Shown: positions 1 to 10,005, counted from the stretch's first letter. The stretch is 64,000 bases of DNA from an uncultured Candidatus Saccharibacteria bacterium (GCA_964630525.1 CAZVUY010000001.1:44883-108882), one strand, 5' to 3'. The notes: generated by a model from the letters alone, not told the origin. A program made the numbers and translations.

Positions 1-537
1 CAGTTTTGGTCACAATATCTTTGTATTGATTGATAATGTTGTTGTGTATAGCCACCAAAAGAATATCTAGTGTTTTTAGTTTATTGCCATTCTTGGTTGG
101 GATTATACTTTCTTCGTTCTCCCTGCGCGGTATTACCGACCAGTCAATCGTCACTTCCGATATTGGTACTGGGATATATTTCCTAGCTTCAATACTGATC
201 ATTGCTCCGAGCTCTTTTTCTGAAACGGCTGGCATCTGAATAACCGAAAGCAAACTGGCCTTGAAAGGAATGGCTAGGCCGCAAGTTTTGGTAGTGATCG
301 CCACCTCTTTTTCGTTCAACAAATCAGTGACAGCTTGAGCCAGCCTTTCACTGTCGAGATTGGTCGATTGGCCGATCGAGACTCCACCATAGGGACCAAG
401 GGATAGTTCGCCGTATGTTTCGAGAATGGCCTTGTCCCCTTTTTTCTTGAGTTGAACTACTTTGATCGAAGAGGATCCAATATCGATCCCGAGCGCACTC
501 GTCTGTTTACTTTTAAAAATGTCGGTTAAAAAACTCA
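1..537 (-). CDS. pilM: type IV pilus assembly protein PilM, N-terminal part (gene runs off the window start)
   Basis: minus-strand translation MSFLTDIFKSKQTSALGIDIGSSSIKVVQLKKKGDKAILETYGELSLGPYGG... matches the actin-like PilM N-terminus; ATG at 535-537. Confidence 0.7.
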
Positions 538-1239
538 TTGAATAAAAGACTTAGGAAAGATAAATTATATCATATGCAAATGTCCGGCTTGGTCAAAACC
601 TGGGTAAAAAAACTGTTGGGCACAATCCAAGATTTTTTGGTTCCAGAAGGAACCAAAGTAGCCGCCCTGCTACAGCTCCCTGAGCGATCGATGCGCCAAC
701 TCTTACCCCATTCGCCTGTTAAAATGCGGGATGTCTGGGTGCTTTTTGATTATAACAATCGAGCGGTCAGACTGATTGTTAAAAATATAAAATATAAAAA
801 CAATCAAGGTCTACGACACCGAATTGCTTCTTACTGCTATGAGGAGATTATGGAAATGATCTCTGATCTAACATTTTTTGGCGGCAGTGAACCTGTTTTG
901 GTGCCCATGCCGATGAGCAAGAAAGAAAAAAGAGAGCGCGGCTTCAACCAAACCGAAGAAATTTGCCGAGCAATCGAAAATTTTTCGGCCAAAGAAATCG
1001 AGGTCGCCTACAACCTGCTCCACAAAATACGAGAAACGAGCCGACAGACCACTCTCAGCCGGTCTGAACGTCTGCGAAATGTCGGCTTCAGTATGGCAGC
1101 AGACCCTAGATTGGCTCACAACAAAACAATCATCGTCCTTGACGATGTCTACACCACTGGCGCCTCCTTCTCCGAGGCTACCCGGGCACTCAAGTCCGCC
1201 GGCGCCAAAAGGGTGATCGGGCTCTTCATCGCCCACTAA
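538..1239 (+). CDS. comFC: ComF-family (ComFC) phosphoribosyltransferase-domain competence protein
   Basis: C-terminal PRTase motif IIVLDDVYTTGASFSEATRALKSAGAKRVIGLFIA; true start may be an internal Met. Confidence 0.75.
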   Translation: MNKRLRKDKLYHMQMSGLVKTWVKKLLGTIQDFLVPEGTKVAALLQLPERSMRQLLPHSPVKMRDVWVLFDYNNRAVRLIVKNIKYKNNQGLRHRIASYCYEEIMEMISDLTFFGGSEPVLVPMPMSKKEKRERGFNQTEEICRAIENFSAKEIEVAYNLLHKIRETSRQTTLSRSERLRNVGFSMAADPRLAHNKTIIVLDDVYTTGASFSEATRALKSAGAKRVIGLFIAH

Positions 1240-1247
1240 CACTAAAC

Positions 1248-2417
1248 TTACCTGTTACCTTTTGCTCGATTATGAGTCCTACACAACATTTCACAATTCT
1301 TCGCTGAAGTAACACCACCCTTGCTCCATGATGACACATGATCTGCTTCCATTTCGTTAAACTGCCAAATCTTTTCCTTATTCGCATCATGCCCAATGGC
1401 ACAGTGTGGGCAATTTGATTTCTTTTTGGTTTCTGCCTCTTTGGTTTGCTTAGCATAAATAGATCTTTTGGTTGCTTCGTCAAACACTCGAACATCTAGC
1501 AACTTTGTATCTTTAGAGCCACCGAGAATATATTCAAAAATGCCCCTACGATTTTTTATGTATGGATCACCATAAAGCTTATGTACTTCGGTCGATATTT
1601 TAGATGGATTAAACGATTTTTTGTGATATTCCTCATAAAGTCGCCCCCATTCGAGTCCACGCATTTCATTTTCAACGTCGATAAACACACTGGATACCCA
1701 ATCAATGACAGTGTTAAAATATTTCTTCAACTCGTCAATGTTTTTATCCTTACGATGCTTGCTCATGTAATCACCAATGTTTCCTTTGCTTACCCAATCA
1801 AGGGCACACTCCAAAAATTCCTGTCGGTTCGCACTACCAGAAACATACGCACTCCATTTTTGGATATTGGCGTTTTGGCTGTTACTAAATTCTTCTTTGG
1901 CCTTAGTTACAAATGGGCCAGAATACACAGCGTTGAGTAACTCCTGATTATTGAGCGGAACACCTGCAATATTTATTGTCCTAAACCACTCTTTTATTTG
2001 GCTTTCTGTTCCTTCACACTCGTAAATAAGTAGTTTTGTTTCTAAGATTTTGGTCTTTTTATCTCTGGCCATAGCACTAAAATATTGTGGATTCCCATTT
2101 TCATCCAATATGGCAAATTTGTCGGTAATAAATCTGCCCAAGCTTGTAACACGCTGCTGTCCATCAAGTACTTCAAATTCATCAGAACCAACTTTATTAA
2201 AATAGATCAATCCTATCGGATACCCTTTGAGAACTGATTCAATAACAGCCATTTCTCTTTTGCCACCATCAGATGCATAAATATAATTGCGCTGATACTC
2301 AGGTTGAATAGTGAGTTTACCAGATAGACCAAACAACCCCTTTCCTTCTAGTTCGTTGTATTCAAACCCTTCGCAAATATCTTTGACGGTTATGTTGGTT
2401 TTTAGGATTGTTTTCAT
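1248..2417 (-). CDS. DUF262 (ParB-like nuclease, DGQQR motif) fused to C-terminal HNH endonuclease; GmrSD/type IV restriction-like
   Basis: [10 protein letters not shown] motif in N-terminal half; C-terminal CPHC...[11 protein letters not shown]...[18 protein letters not shown] signature. Confidence 0.75.
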   Translation of the reverse strand: MKTILKTNITVKDICEGFEYNELEGKGLFGLSGKLTIQPEYQRNYIYASDGGKREMAVIESVLKGYPIGLIYFNKVGSDEFEVLDGQQRVTSLGRFITDKFAILDENGNPQYFSAMARDKKTKILETKLLIYECEGTESQIKEWFRTINIAGVPLNNQELLNAVYSGPFVTKAKEEFSNSQNANIQKWSAYVSGSANRQEFLECALDWVSKGNIGDYMSKHRKDKNIDELKKYFNTVIDWVSSVFIDVENEMRGLEWGRLYEEYHKKSFNPSKISTEVHKLYGDPYIKNRRGIFEYILGGSKDTKLLDVRVFDEATKRSIYAKQTKEAETKKKSNCPHCAIGHDANKEKIWQFNEMEADHVSSWSKGGVTSAKNCEMLCRTHNRAKGNR

Positions 2418-2418
2418 A

Positions 2419-3258
2419 TTATTTATTTTTTAATTTTAGTTGTTTGGCATTTTTACCTGTAATAACCTTTTTGCCAGTTTTACTTTCAATATCACGCCTG
2501 GCGTTACCTGCCACACCTCCACCTTCTCGTGCCACTTGTTTGCTTTCATTCAAATCTTTCGGCTCCCGCTTCTGCGAAATTTCAGTTGTAGCAGTTTCTG
2601 CCAACATATTCAGCACCAATTCTAGATTGGTCATATTATCGCGTAAATTTTCTTTTTTTAAATCTTTCAGTTTTTTATATTCCCGAGTTGTCAAACCTGT
2701 CCACGCTTTGGTAATTTCATCTGTAAGAATGGCGAACTCCAAACCTTCTTTTACTCCCCGAGTTTCCCATTCATCAGTCAAAGCTTTCCTGATCTCAATA
2801 CTTTTTAAGCGTTGATTTATCCATTCTTTGCTGTAACCTTTTTGTAAATAAGTTTTCAAAGCTCGATCTATGGCCAATTCCGGATCAGCAGTTTCTTCCA
2901 ACCTCTCATAACCTACTCTTGCCAGCCAAAGTTTGAACGGCTCGGCTTTTGGCGAAGGAACAGACTGGATAATACGTAACGCGGTCTCAGTATCAGCCAT
3001 ATCTGTTTCTCTATTTTTGCCGTCTTCTGCAACAATTTTCAACTGTACGATTTTTTCGTACACTTCGCTTCCTTCATTTTTTAGTTTACTTTTTAAATCT
3101 GACCAATAACGGCGTGGGATTGAGCTTCCTGTTAGGGCTTGGATAATATCAACTACTGAGAAATGCCAAAGCTCTTTTTTTTCATCCCAAACCCGTCGTA
3201 TTCTCTTCCCTTCAAAAACAGTTGGGTGTATATCGTTTTTTGTCTGTCGCTTTTTCAT
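2419..3258 (-). CDS. DinD-like DNA-damage-inducible protein (Bro-N domain)
   Basis: N-terminus [32 protein letters not shown]...[10 protein letters not shown] resembles DinD/Bro-N family; 1-nt gap to downstream DUF262-HNH gene. Confidence 0.6.
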   Translation of the reverse strand: MKKRQTKNDIHPTVFEGKRIRRVWDEKKELWHFSVVDIIQALTGSSIPRRYWSDLKSKLKNEGSEVYEKIVQLKIVAEDGKNRETDMADTETALRIIQSVPSPKAEPFKLWLARVGYERLEETADPELAIDRALKTYLQKGYSKEWINQRLKSIEIRKALTDEWETRGVKEGLEFAILTDEITKAWTGLTTREYKKLKDLKKENLRDNMTNLELVLNMLAETATTEISQKREPKDLNESKQVAREGGGVAGNARRDIESKTGKKVITGKNAKQLKLKNK

Positions 3259-3310
3259 ATTTTTTATATTTAGACGTTACGTTATTTAGAACTAAAAGTA
3301 TAATTAATGA

Positions 3311-4990
3311 TTATTCATTTTTAATAATATTCCTTATCACATTTAGAATGTCGTGTATTTCACTCAACCATTGTTTTTGTTCTTTTTTATTTAGTGCCAA
3401 AACATAATCTTTAATACCTTTTTTATTAGGAGATGATATGGTCTTATCTCCTTCCTTCTTTGTTATTTGATATTTAGAAATATCAAACGTATCAGGAACA
3501 GTTAGCAAGTGCTCAATGCCTGTATGGTATTTAGCATCATTAATTTTATTTGGGCAATATATAATGAGATTTTCAATAGTTTTTACCTTTTCACCGCAAT
3601 CGATGTCATAAAAAAGAATTACTTTATACCTTGGATTGTTTATCTTAAGAAATTGTTCCGCTTTTTTTAGCTGACCTTTGCCATTAAACTCAGATTGACC
3701 ATTTATATTTTGACCAATCGACTTAATTTCTGCTGGATAGTCTGTCACATCAAAAACTTCTAGTGTTTTCTTAAGATAAAACTCATCAAACCCACCTTCC
3801 ACAAAAATAACGGGTTTTTTTAATAGCGTTATTTCTTTGTATAATTTTTCTATTTGCTGTTCCTTTATTCTCCATTCTTCAATTAATTCTTTCTGAATTT
3901 CAAGAGCCCCAATTTCATCCGCAAGTCCAATTTTGCATTCATTTTTAAATAAACTCTGGAAGTTCTCAAATTTTGTTTCTCCAAGTATACTTTTATAACA
4001 ACGCAAGATTGAAATGTTGGTATTTTTATTAAAAATAAAAGCAAGAGAATGAGATGTTAGAAACAATTGAGAATTTTTTGCATATGTAGAAAAATACAGA
4101 TCTGCAACCTCTTGTGCTTTTTTAAATTCTAGAGAATTCTCCGGCTCATCAATCCCCCAAACATAAAACTTTTTGGGGTCGTGTTTTTGAATCCATTGTA
4201 ATAATGGTGGTATAAATTTGCTTTTTATTCCATCTCCTCTTAATAAAAGCGGTATTTGAAAAAACTCTTTTTTTAATACATCTCTCCTCCCCTTCTTTGA
4301 CGGATTTATTTGAGTATCTAGCTCAGAAAACTGATCATAAGCTGTATTAATATTAAGCTTTTCCCAAAAATCCCTAACTAAAACCGGCAATTCAAATCTT
4401 GTTTCATTTTTAATAGCTGACTCAGATAATATTTCAACCAAATCTTTTACATTATTATTTACTTGATCATTCAGATTTACAATATCCTGATCACTAATTA
4501 ACTGACTTCTACCTACTTCTCCCAGTATAAATCTCAACACCTCTAGCCCCTTAAGTGCTGGGATATAGTAATATTGAAAATTATTTATCAATCTTGTAAT
4601 TGACGCTTTCTTCTTGGCATCATCATGAGAATAATTTTCAGTAACTCTTCCATATCTATCAAAAACTCGCTCAACCCAGACTTCCTCACTATTTAAAGAT
4701 TTAAATGAGATAGGGGCAGTAAAATAAACCTTAATTTTTACTTGTTGTTTCTTCTTGTTTGACCTTTGAGCCGCCGCTAGAGATATTTTAGAGTAATCAT
4801 TTTCAAAATTATAATCAGTCTCAAAATCAGTTTGCCCCTTAAAAAATAAATTTAATGCCTTCAAAACGTTTGATTTGCCAACATCATTCAATCCTGAAAA
4901 AATATTTATATTCCCAGTATTAATTTGCTCATGTCGAATTGAGCGGAAACTATCAATCTCAATTTTAGTAATCAAATTATTCATACTCAT
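3311..4990 (-). CDS. OLD-family ATP-dependent endonuclease-like protein (ABC-type ATPase N-terminus + TOPRIM-like C-terminus)
   Basis: Walker A FSGLNDVGKSNVLKAL; LTSHSLAFIF Walker-B/D-loop-like; C-terminal VIFVEGGFDEFYL...ILFYDIDCGEK TOPRIM-like acidic motifs. Confidence 0.6.
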   Translation of the reverse strand: MSMNNLITKIEIDSFRSIRHEQINTGNINIFSGLNDVGKSNVLKALNLFFKGQTDFETDYNFENDYSKISLAAAQRSNKKKQQVKIKVYFTAPISFKSLNSEEVWVERVFDRYGRVTENYSHDDAKKKASITRLINNFQYYYIPALKGLEVLRFILGEVGRSQLISDQDIVNLNDQVNNNVKDLVEILSESAIKNETRFELPVLVRDFWEKLNINTAYDQFSELDTQINPSKKGRRDVLKKEFFQIPLLLRGDGIKSKFIPPLLQWIQKHDPKKFYVWGIDEPENSLEFKKAQEVADLYFSTYAKNSQLFLTSHSLAFIFNKNTNISILRCYKSILGETKFENFQSLFKNECKIGLADEIGALEIQKELIEEWRIKEQQIEKLYKEITLLKKPVIFVEGGFDEFYLKKTLEVFDVTDYPAEIKSIGQNINGQSEFNGKGQLKKAEQFLKINNPRYKVILFYDIDCGEKVKTIENLIIYCPNKINDAKYHTGIEHLLTVPDTFDISKYQITKKEGDKTISSPNKKGIKDYVLALNKKEQKQWLSEIHDILNVIRNIIKNE

Positions 4991-5015
4991 TTCCGAAAAT
5001 TAATTTCTCTAATTT

Positions 5016-6233
5016 TTATTCTTTCTTGTGCCTTATAAAAATTCTTTGGTAAGCAGACTGGATTATTCTTCCGTTTTTATTTATAAAATAATTCTTTTTT
5101 CCATCATTTCGAACTAAATTAGCATTTTCATTTGTCTTTCCACCAGATGATCCCGTCTTACTACCATCCTGTCTTACTTCCCAGTAATCATCATATTTTT
5201 TTGTATCTGGAACACCATCGTGACAACCTCTTTGGGTAGCTCCTAAAATTTCGAATTGATCAGGATTATATTTATCTAAGAAACTGATGGGGACACCCAT
5301 AACACCTTTATAATCACCAGGAATTGAGTCGGTAAAAGGGACTTCAATTGCGTCGTAATTATCATATTTTTCGTATGCTTTCTTACCTTTGATTTCTTTG
5401 TGTTTGCTGTATTTCAAATTTTCCTCCATCGTCATTTGTTTGAGCGGCTGATGACGACGACCATGGTCAAGATTGGTAAACCAACAAACGTTCCTAAATT
5501 TCACTAAGCCTGTTTTTTCATCATAAACCCCCGAGGCAAATTCGCGCGTATTTGGAGTGAAAAAATAGGCGTTGCCGGCATGAAAACCGTTCCCAAGCCA
5601 CATTTTATTTTCTTTTATTAGTGGAAAAATTTCTTTGTAGGTAATAGCATTCATATTGCCGATAATTACAAATTTTTTATTGTAATCAAAAAGCTGTTTA
5701 ACATATTCACGAAACAAAGAAAATGGCGGATTGGTTACTACGATATCGGATTGCTTTAGTAAAGCTATACATTCCTCACTCCGAAAATCCCCGTCGCCCT
5801 CAAGTGGTGCCCATTCGTTGTTTTTGTTTGTCTTCAACTGTTTAGCGATGTCTTGTAGGTTGAATTCCCCATTTTCATCTGTATCCCGAACCTCGTTGAT
5901 AATAAATTTGTTAGCGGTTACCTTTGGACGGCCTTTTGCTTTTTCAAGTGTTTTATCATCACCAAATAGCCCAAGTTGTGTATTAGCAACAGGCGAAGGT
6001 TTATAGCTTGTCGTGATGAGCTGTTTTAATCCAAGCTTGTTGAAATTGAGTACAAAATAGCGAAAAAAATTACTCTCAAACGGGTCGTCGCAATTACAAT
6101 AAATGATCTTGCCTCGAAATACATTTTTATCATAATCTAAGTATGCTCCGATCTCTTTCTGGATATCGCCATATTGAGTATAAAACTCGTCATTTTTGGC
6201 CCTCTTGGCGTTAGTAAGATTATTATTTGGCAT
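5016..6233 (-). CDS. adenine-specific DNA methyltransferase (EcoRI-methylase-like family)
   Basis: N-terminal KNDEFYTQYGDI and catalytic VVTNPPFS (NPPF) motif; 25 nt upstream of OLD-like gene on the same strand. Confidence 0.7.
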   Translation of the reverse strand: MPNNNLTNAKRAKNDEFYTQYGDIQKEIGAYLDYDKNVFRGKIIYCNCDDPFESNFFRYFVLNFNKLGLKQLITTSYKPSPVANTQLGLFGDDKTLEKAKGRPKVTANKFIINEVRDTDENGEFNLQDIAKQLKTNKNNEWAPLEGDGDFRSEECIALLKQSDIVVTNPPFSLFREYVKQLFDYNKKFVIIGNMNAITYKEIFPLIKENKMWLGNGFHAGNAYFFTPNTREFASGVYDEKTGLVKFRNVCWFTNLDHGRRHQPLKQMTMEENLKYSKHKEIKGKKAYEKYDNYDAIEVPFTDSIPGDYKGVMGVPISFLDKYNPDQFEILGATQRGCHDGVPDTKKYDDYWEVRQDGSKTGSSGGKTNENANLVRNDGKKNYFINKNGRIIQSAYQRIFIRHKKE

Positions 6234-6237
6234 AAAC

Positions 6238-6268
6238 TATACCAAAAACCCTACCACATTTAGGGCTA
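6238..6268 (-). terminator. rho-independent terminator after rplE
   Basis: minus strand CCCTAAATGTGGTAGGG hairpin followed by TTTTTGGT. Confidence 0.5.
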
Positions 6269-6333
6269 AAAATGAAGATAGATTTTGTCTTCCCTCTCAT
6301 TAAAAAAGAAAGGGATTGATGAGGTCTGAAAAA

Positions 6334-6870
6334 TTAGGATTTTTTGAACGGCAAATCGAGATGTTTGAGGAACTCGAGAGTGGCTTGCGGAGTCCTCTGG
6401 TTGGTGACGATGGTCACCGCGAAACCAAAAACATCTTTCAGATCTTCATCAGCAGTTTCTGGAAAAACTGTGTGTTCCTTGATGCCGAGAGTGTAGTTGC
6501 CCATCTCATCAACAGCCGAAAGCGAAATGCCTCGAAAGTCTTTGGTACGTGGCAGAGCAATATTGAAAAGTCGCTCGAGGAAAGACCACATCTTTTCGCC
6601 GCGCAATGTTATCTGGACACCCACCACATCCCCTTCTCTTGATTTAAAAGTAGCGATCGATTTCTTGGCGGCTCGTTTGATAGGACGCTGACCAGTGATC
6701 TTGGCCAGACGATCAACGACAATATCGATTTTCTTTTTATCATTAAAAGAACCAACTCCGGAGCTGACTACTACCTTCAAAATCTTTGGAGCCTGCATCA
6801 CGTTTTTCAAACTCAATTTGTCTTTGAGCTGCTTGAAAGATTCTTTTGTTTTTTCTTTGATCGATTTCAT
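6334..6870 (-). CDS. rplE: 50S ribosomal protein L5
   Basis: MKSIKEKTKESFKQLKDKLSLKNVMQAPKILKVVVSSGVG... typical uL5; ORF extends to 6888 but the second Met is the likely start. Confidence 0.9.
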   Translation of the reverse strand: MKSIKEKTKESFKQLKDKLSLKNVMQAPKILKVVVSSGVGSFNDKKKIDIVVDRLAKITGQRPIKRAAKKSIATFKSREGDVVGVQITLRGEKMWSFLERLFNIALPRTKDFRGISLSAVDEMGNYTLGIKEHTVFPETADEDLKDVFGFAVTIVTNQRTPQATLEFLKHLDLPFKKS

Positions 6871-6880
6871 ATTTTTATGC

Positions 6881-6971
6881 GACACCAATTTTACGAATTC
6901 ATGCGAATGATACGAATATTTTTCTGGTCTTAATTTGTGTCATTCGTGCACATTAGTGGATTAGTGTCACG
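6881..6971. repeat. family-1 TTCGTGT repeat, inverted pair (two ~40-bp copies tail to tail)
   Basis: left copy reverse, right copy forward, 15-bp spacer; between rplX and rplE. Confidence 0.65.
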
Positions 6972-7185
6972 TTACTTTTTTAACATTTGAAACATGGATC
7001 GGGGCGGCTTGCTCGACCACTTTTCCTTTCTCGTTCTGCTTCCTCGCTCGTCGGTGAACCTTCTTCATATTCACGCCGTCGATCAAAACTTTCTCAAGTT
7101 TTGGGAAAGCCTTCACCACCTGGCCTGATTTGCCTTTGTCCTTGCCGGTTAAAACTGTTACTTTGTCTCCTTTTTTGATTTTCAT
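6967..7185 (-). CDS. rplX: 50S ribosomal protein L24
   Basis: MKIKKGDKVTVLTGKDKGKSGQV KOW motif. Confidence 0.9.
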   Translation of the reverse strand: MKIKKGDKVTVLTGKDKGKSGQVVKAFPKLEKVLIDGVNMKKVHRRARKQNEKGKVVEQAAPIHVSNVKKVT

Positions 7186-7216
7186 TTTGGTATTTTAATC
7201 GTGTATTTGTGTCGCA

Positions 7217-7594
7217 CTAAATGACTTCTGGAGCCAAAGACACTATCGCCTGGTGCCCCAATTCAGCTATCTCTCTTGGGATCGGACCAAAAATACGTCC
7301 AGCCTTTGGGACTATCTCCCCTTTCTTCTGCTCGACCACCACCACGGCGTTTTCATCGAAACGGATATAAGAACCATCTTTGCGACGAAGTGGCGCCTTC
7401 TGGCGAACTACCAAACCAAGAAGTACCGCCTTCTTCTTGACGTCTTTTCTTGGTTCGGCCTTCTGAACAGAGAGAACTACCAATTCACCGATCCGAGCGT
7501 AACGCTTTTTTGAACTACCAAGCACCTTAAAAATACGGCCGATCTTGGCGCCTGAGTTGTCTGCTATTTTGACTATGCTTCGTGGCTGAATCAT
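7217..7594 (-). CDS. rplN: 50S ribosomal protein L14
   Basis: MIQPRSIVKIADNSGAKI... uL14 signature. Confidence 0.92.
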   Translation of the reverse strand: MIQPRSIVKIADNSGAKIGRIFKVLGSSKKRYARIGELVVLSVQKAEPRKDVKKKAVLLGLVVRQKAPLRRKDGSYIRFDENAVVVVEQKKGEIVPKAGRIFGPIPREIAELGHQAIVSLAPEVI

Positions 7595-7665
7595 GGTGGT
7601 TGATTGAAAGATTTAATGATTTAAAGATTGAAAGATTTTTTCATAATTTTTCAATTTTCAATTTT

Positions 7666-7929
7666 TTAATTTTGAATTAATATGAAATGCTTATCTTTTG
7701 AAATTGGTCGGCATTCTCTGATAATGACTTGCTCACCGATTTTTTTGGTATTGCCTAGATCGTGAGCCTTGTATTTCTTGCTCACCTTGTGATACTTCTT
7801 GTATTTGGTGTGCTTCACAAAACGGTTTACCAAAACCACAATTGTATCTTTCATCTTGTCGGAGAGAACTACTCCTTTGAGAGTCTTTCCTTTGATTTCG
7901 TTATTCGGTTTTGCTGTTTTTTTATTCAT
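7666..7929 (-). CDS. rpsQ: 30S ribosomal protein S17
   Basis: KTLKGVVLSDKMKDTIVVLV...uS17 fold; position between L29 and L14. Confidence 0.85.
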   Translation of the reverse strand: MNKKTAKPNNEIKGKTLKGVVLSDKMKDTIVVLVNRFVKHTKYKKYHKVSKKYKAHDLGNTKKIGEQVIIRECRPISKDKHFILIQN

Positions 7930-8113
7930 TGTTTAATTTCTGGTTTAAAACGGTCTTGAGCCTAGCGATCTCTCGCTTAAGATTGGCAGCTTGTTTGACG
8001 TTTTTGTTGGCACTGCCGGCTGACCCAAAGCGCAGATCACGAAGAGCGACTCGCTTTTCGGCAATCTCTTTTTCCAAGTCAGCTGGATTCTTTTTTAATA
8101 ATTCTTTGTTCAT
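7922..8113 (-). CDS. rpmC: 50S ribosomal protein L29
   Basis: 63 aa, LEKEIAEKRVALRDLRF pattern; operon position. Confidence 0.8.
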   Translation of the reverse strand: MNKELLKKNPADLEKEIAEKRVALRDLRFGSAGSANKNVKQAANLKREIARLKTVLNQKLNNE

Positions 8114-8124
8114 CGTTGGTTGTA

Positions 8125-8544
8125 TTAAATGCGAGCGACCACCTTAGCCTTCACTGGCATCTTGGTGCCTCCTTTGCGCAACGACTCTGCTGCTACCGCC
8201 GGTGTTACGCCGTCGACTTCAAACATGACCTGACCCGGCAATACTCGGGCGCAATAACCCTCGATATCACCCTTGCCTTTACCCATTTTTACCTCCGCCG
8301 GTTTTTTGGTGAAAGGCATGTCTGGGAAAATACGGATCCACATTCGACCCGTCTTGCCAAGAGCTTTGGTAATAGCTTTTCTGGCTGATTCGATCTGGTT
8401 GGAAGTGACTCTGCCCGGAGTAATAGCTTTCAAGCCAAAAGAACCGAAGGCTACCGAAACACCCCGAGTCGCCGGACTCACCCGTGCCGGGTTGCGACGC
8501 AGGGTTTGCCATTTTCGATATTTTACTTTTTTAGGAAATAGCAT
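8125..8544 (-). CDS. rplP: 50S ribosomal protein L16
   Basis: MLFPKKVKYRKWQ...GKGKGDIEGYCARV uL16 signature. Confidence 0.92.
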   Translation of the reverse strand: MLFPKKVKYRKWQTLRRNPARVSPATRGVSVAFGSFGLKAITPGRVTSNQIESARKAITKALGKTGRMWIRIFPDMPFTKKPAEVKMGKGKGDIEGYCARVLPGQVMFEVDGVTPAVAAESLRKGGTKMPVKAKVVARI

Positions 8545-8560
8545 GGTAGTAAGTTAAATA

Positions 8561-9223
8561 TTATTTGGCCTTGTTAAAAATATCACCCTTGTAGATCCAA
8601 ACCTTTATACCAATCTTACCAAGTGGCAAAATAGCCTCATAAAAAGCATAATCGATGTCAGCTCTCAAGGTCTGGAGTGGGATTCGGCCCAATTTCTTGG
8701 TCTCTACTCGCGCCATGTTTGAACCACCCATGATACCAGAGAGGGTGATTTTCACTCCTTTCACATCGCGGTTAGCGTAAGCCTTCTCGATCATTTGTTT
8801 GACCACCCTTCTGAAGGCTAGCCTTTTCTCCAAACCTTCAGCGATCATCTGAGCAATGATCATGGCACTAGATTCTGGTGACTTGACCTCTTTGATGTCG
8901 ATCTTGAGATCTTCTTTGACACTCAAACTATTTTTCTTCATAAACCGGACAATATCATCACGAAGCTTGGTCATACCTTCACCACTGCGGCCAATGATCA
9001 TGCCTGGTCGTGAGCTCTCAATCAAAATCCTGAAAGTTTTGGCGTTGCGCTCCATTTCAATCGAGTTAACGAAAGAACCCTTCAGTCTTTTCTTCAAATA
9101 TTCGTGAATCAAAACGTCTCCCTTCAAATTTTCTTTGTATTTATACTTCACACCAAACCAGCGCGATTTCCAATCGCGGATGATCCCTAGTCTATGTGCA
9201 TATGGATGAACGGTGTGAGTCAT
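8561..9223 (-). CDS. rpsC: 30S ribosomal protein S3
   Basis: MTHTVHPYAHRLGIIRDWKSRWF... KH domain GRSGEGM. Confidence 0.92.
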   Translation of the reverse strand: MTHTVHPYAHRLGIIRDWKSRWFGVKYKYKENLKGDVLIHEYLKKRLKGSFVNSIEMERNAKTFRILIESSRPGMIIGRSGEGMTKLRDDIVRFMKKNSLSVKEDLKIDIKEVKSPESSAMIIAQMIAEGLEKRLAFRRVVKQMIEKAYANRDVKGVKITLSGIMGGSNMARVETKKLGRIPLQTLRADIDYAFYEAILPLGKIGIKVWIYKGDIFNKAK

Positions 9224-9236
9224 GGTAATTTAAAAA

Positions 9237-9614
9237 TTATTGTTTGCTTTTGTTTTTAGTTTTTCGCTTTTCATTTTTCGCTTCTTGTTCCAGCAGGACA
9301 ATCTTGACGTGAGAAGTGCGCTTGCGGATTGGGTGAGCGGCTCCATGAGCGACCGGCATCCTTCGATACAAAATCTTGCCCGCATCGACAGTCAAAGATT
9401 TGACCAAAAGGTTATCGGTATCCAAACCAATATTTTTGGCATTAGCGATAGCTGAATTTAAAAGTTTGTGCAAAGGAGTCACCGCTCTCTTGGTAATAAA
9501 CTCAAGCCTATTTTTGGCCTCAGCGACTGATTTGCCCTTGATAGCCGTAGCCACCAAGCGCACCTTGCGCGGCGACTGACGATAATCATTGAGTTGTGCG
9601 GTTACTGTGTTCAT
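9237..9614 (-). CDS. rplV: 50S ribosomal protein L22
   Basis: SPRKVRLVATAIKGKSVAEA...uL22. Confidence 0.9.
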   Translation of the reverse strand: MNTVTAQLNDYRQSPRKVRLVATAIKGKSVAEAKNRLEFITKRAVTPLHKLLNSAIANAKNIGLDTDNLLVKSLTVDAGKILYRRMPVAHGAAHPIRKRTSHVKIVLLEQEAKNEKRKTKNKSKQ

Positions 9615-9617
9615 ATT

Positions 9618-9658
9618 TTATATTCGTGCCATTCGTACTAATTCGTGTATTGGTGTCG
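9618..9658. repeat. family-1 TTCGTGT repeat copy
   Basis: TATTCGTGCCATTCGTACTAATTCGTGTATTGGTGTCGGG; ends 4 nt before the rplV start codon. Confidence 0.65.
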
Positions 9659-9660
9659 GG

Positions 9661-10005
9661 TTATTTTTTGGCACCCTCTGCCGCTGATTTGGCACTCTTA
9701 GCGGCTGCGATTTCGGCCTCCTTCTTCTTAGCCTCAAGATCTTTCTGCATCTTACCACCGTGCTTGATAAATTTGCGAGTCAATGAAAATTCGCCGAGAC
9801 GATGACCGACCATATCCTCAGAAACCAGGACTTCTATGTGGTCTTTGCCGTTGTGGACACCAAAAGTGAAACCGACCATTTCTGGAGCGATCACACAAGC
9901 TCTCGACCACGTCTTAATAACCCCAGTCTCATGAGGTTTTTTGCCTTCTACTTTTTTGAGGACCCTTTCGTCAACGTAAGGGCCTTTTTTGAGTGACCTA
10001 GACAT
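9661..10005 (-). CDS. rpsS: 30S ribosomal protein S19
   Basis: [20 protein letters not shown]...HNGKDHIEV uS19. Confidence 0.92.
   Translation of the reverse strand: MSRSLKKGPYVDERVLKKVEGKKPHETGVIKTWSRACVIAPEMVGFTFGVHNGKDHIEVLVSEDMVGHRLGEFSLTRKFIKHGGKMQKDLEAKKKEAEIAAAKSAKSAAEGAKK

Noticed and set aside
30-239. 69-aa plus-strand ORF at the window start
   Set aside because: Antisense to the well-supported pilM reading frame
868-1242. 124-aa minus-strand ORF
   Set aside because: Lies fully inside the comFC coding region on the opposite strand; shadow ORF
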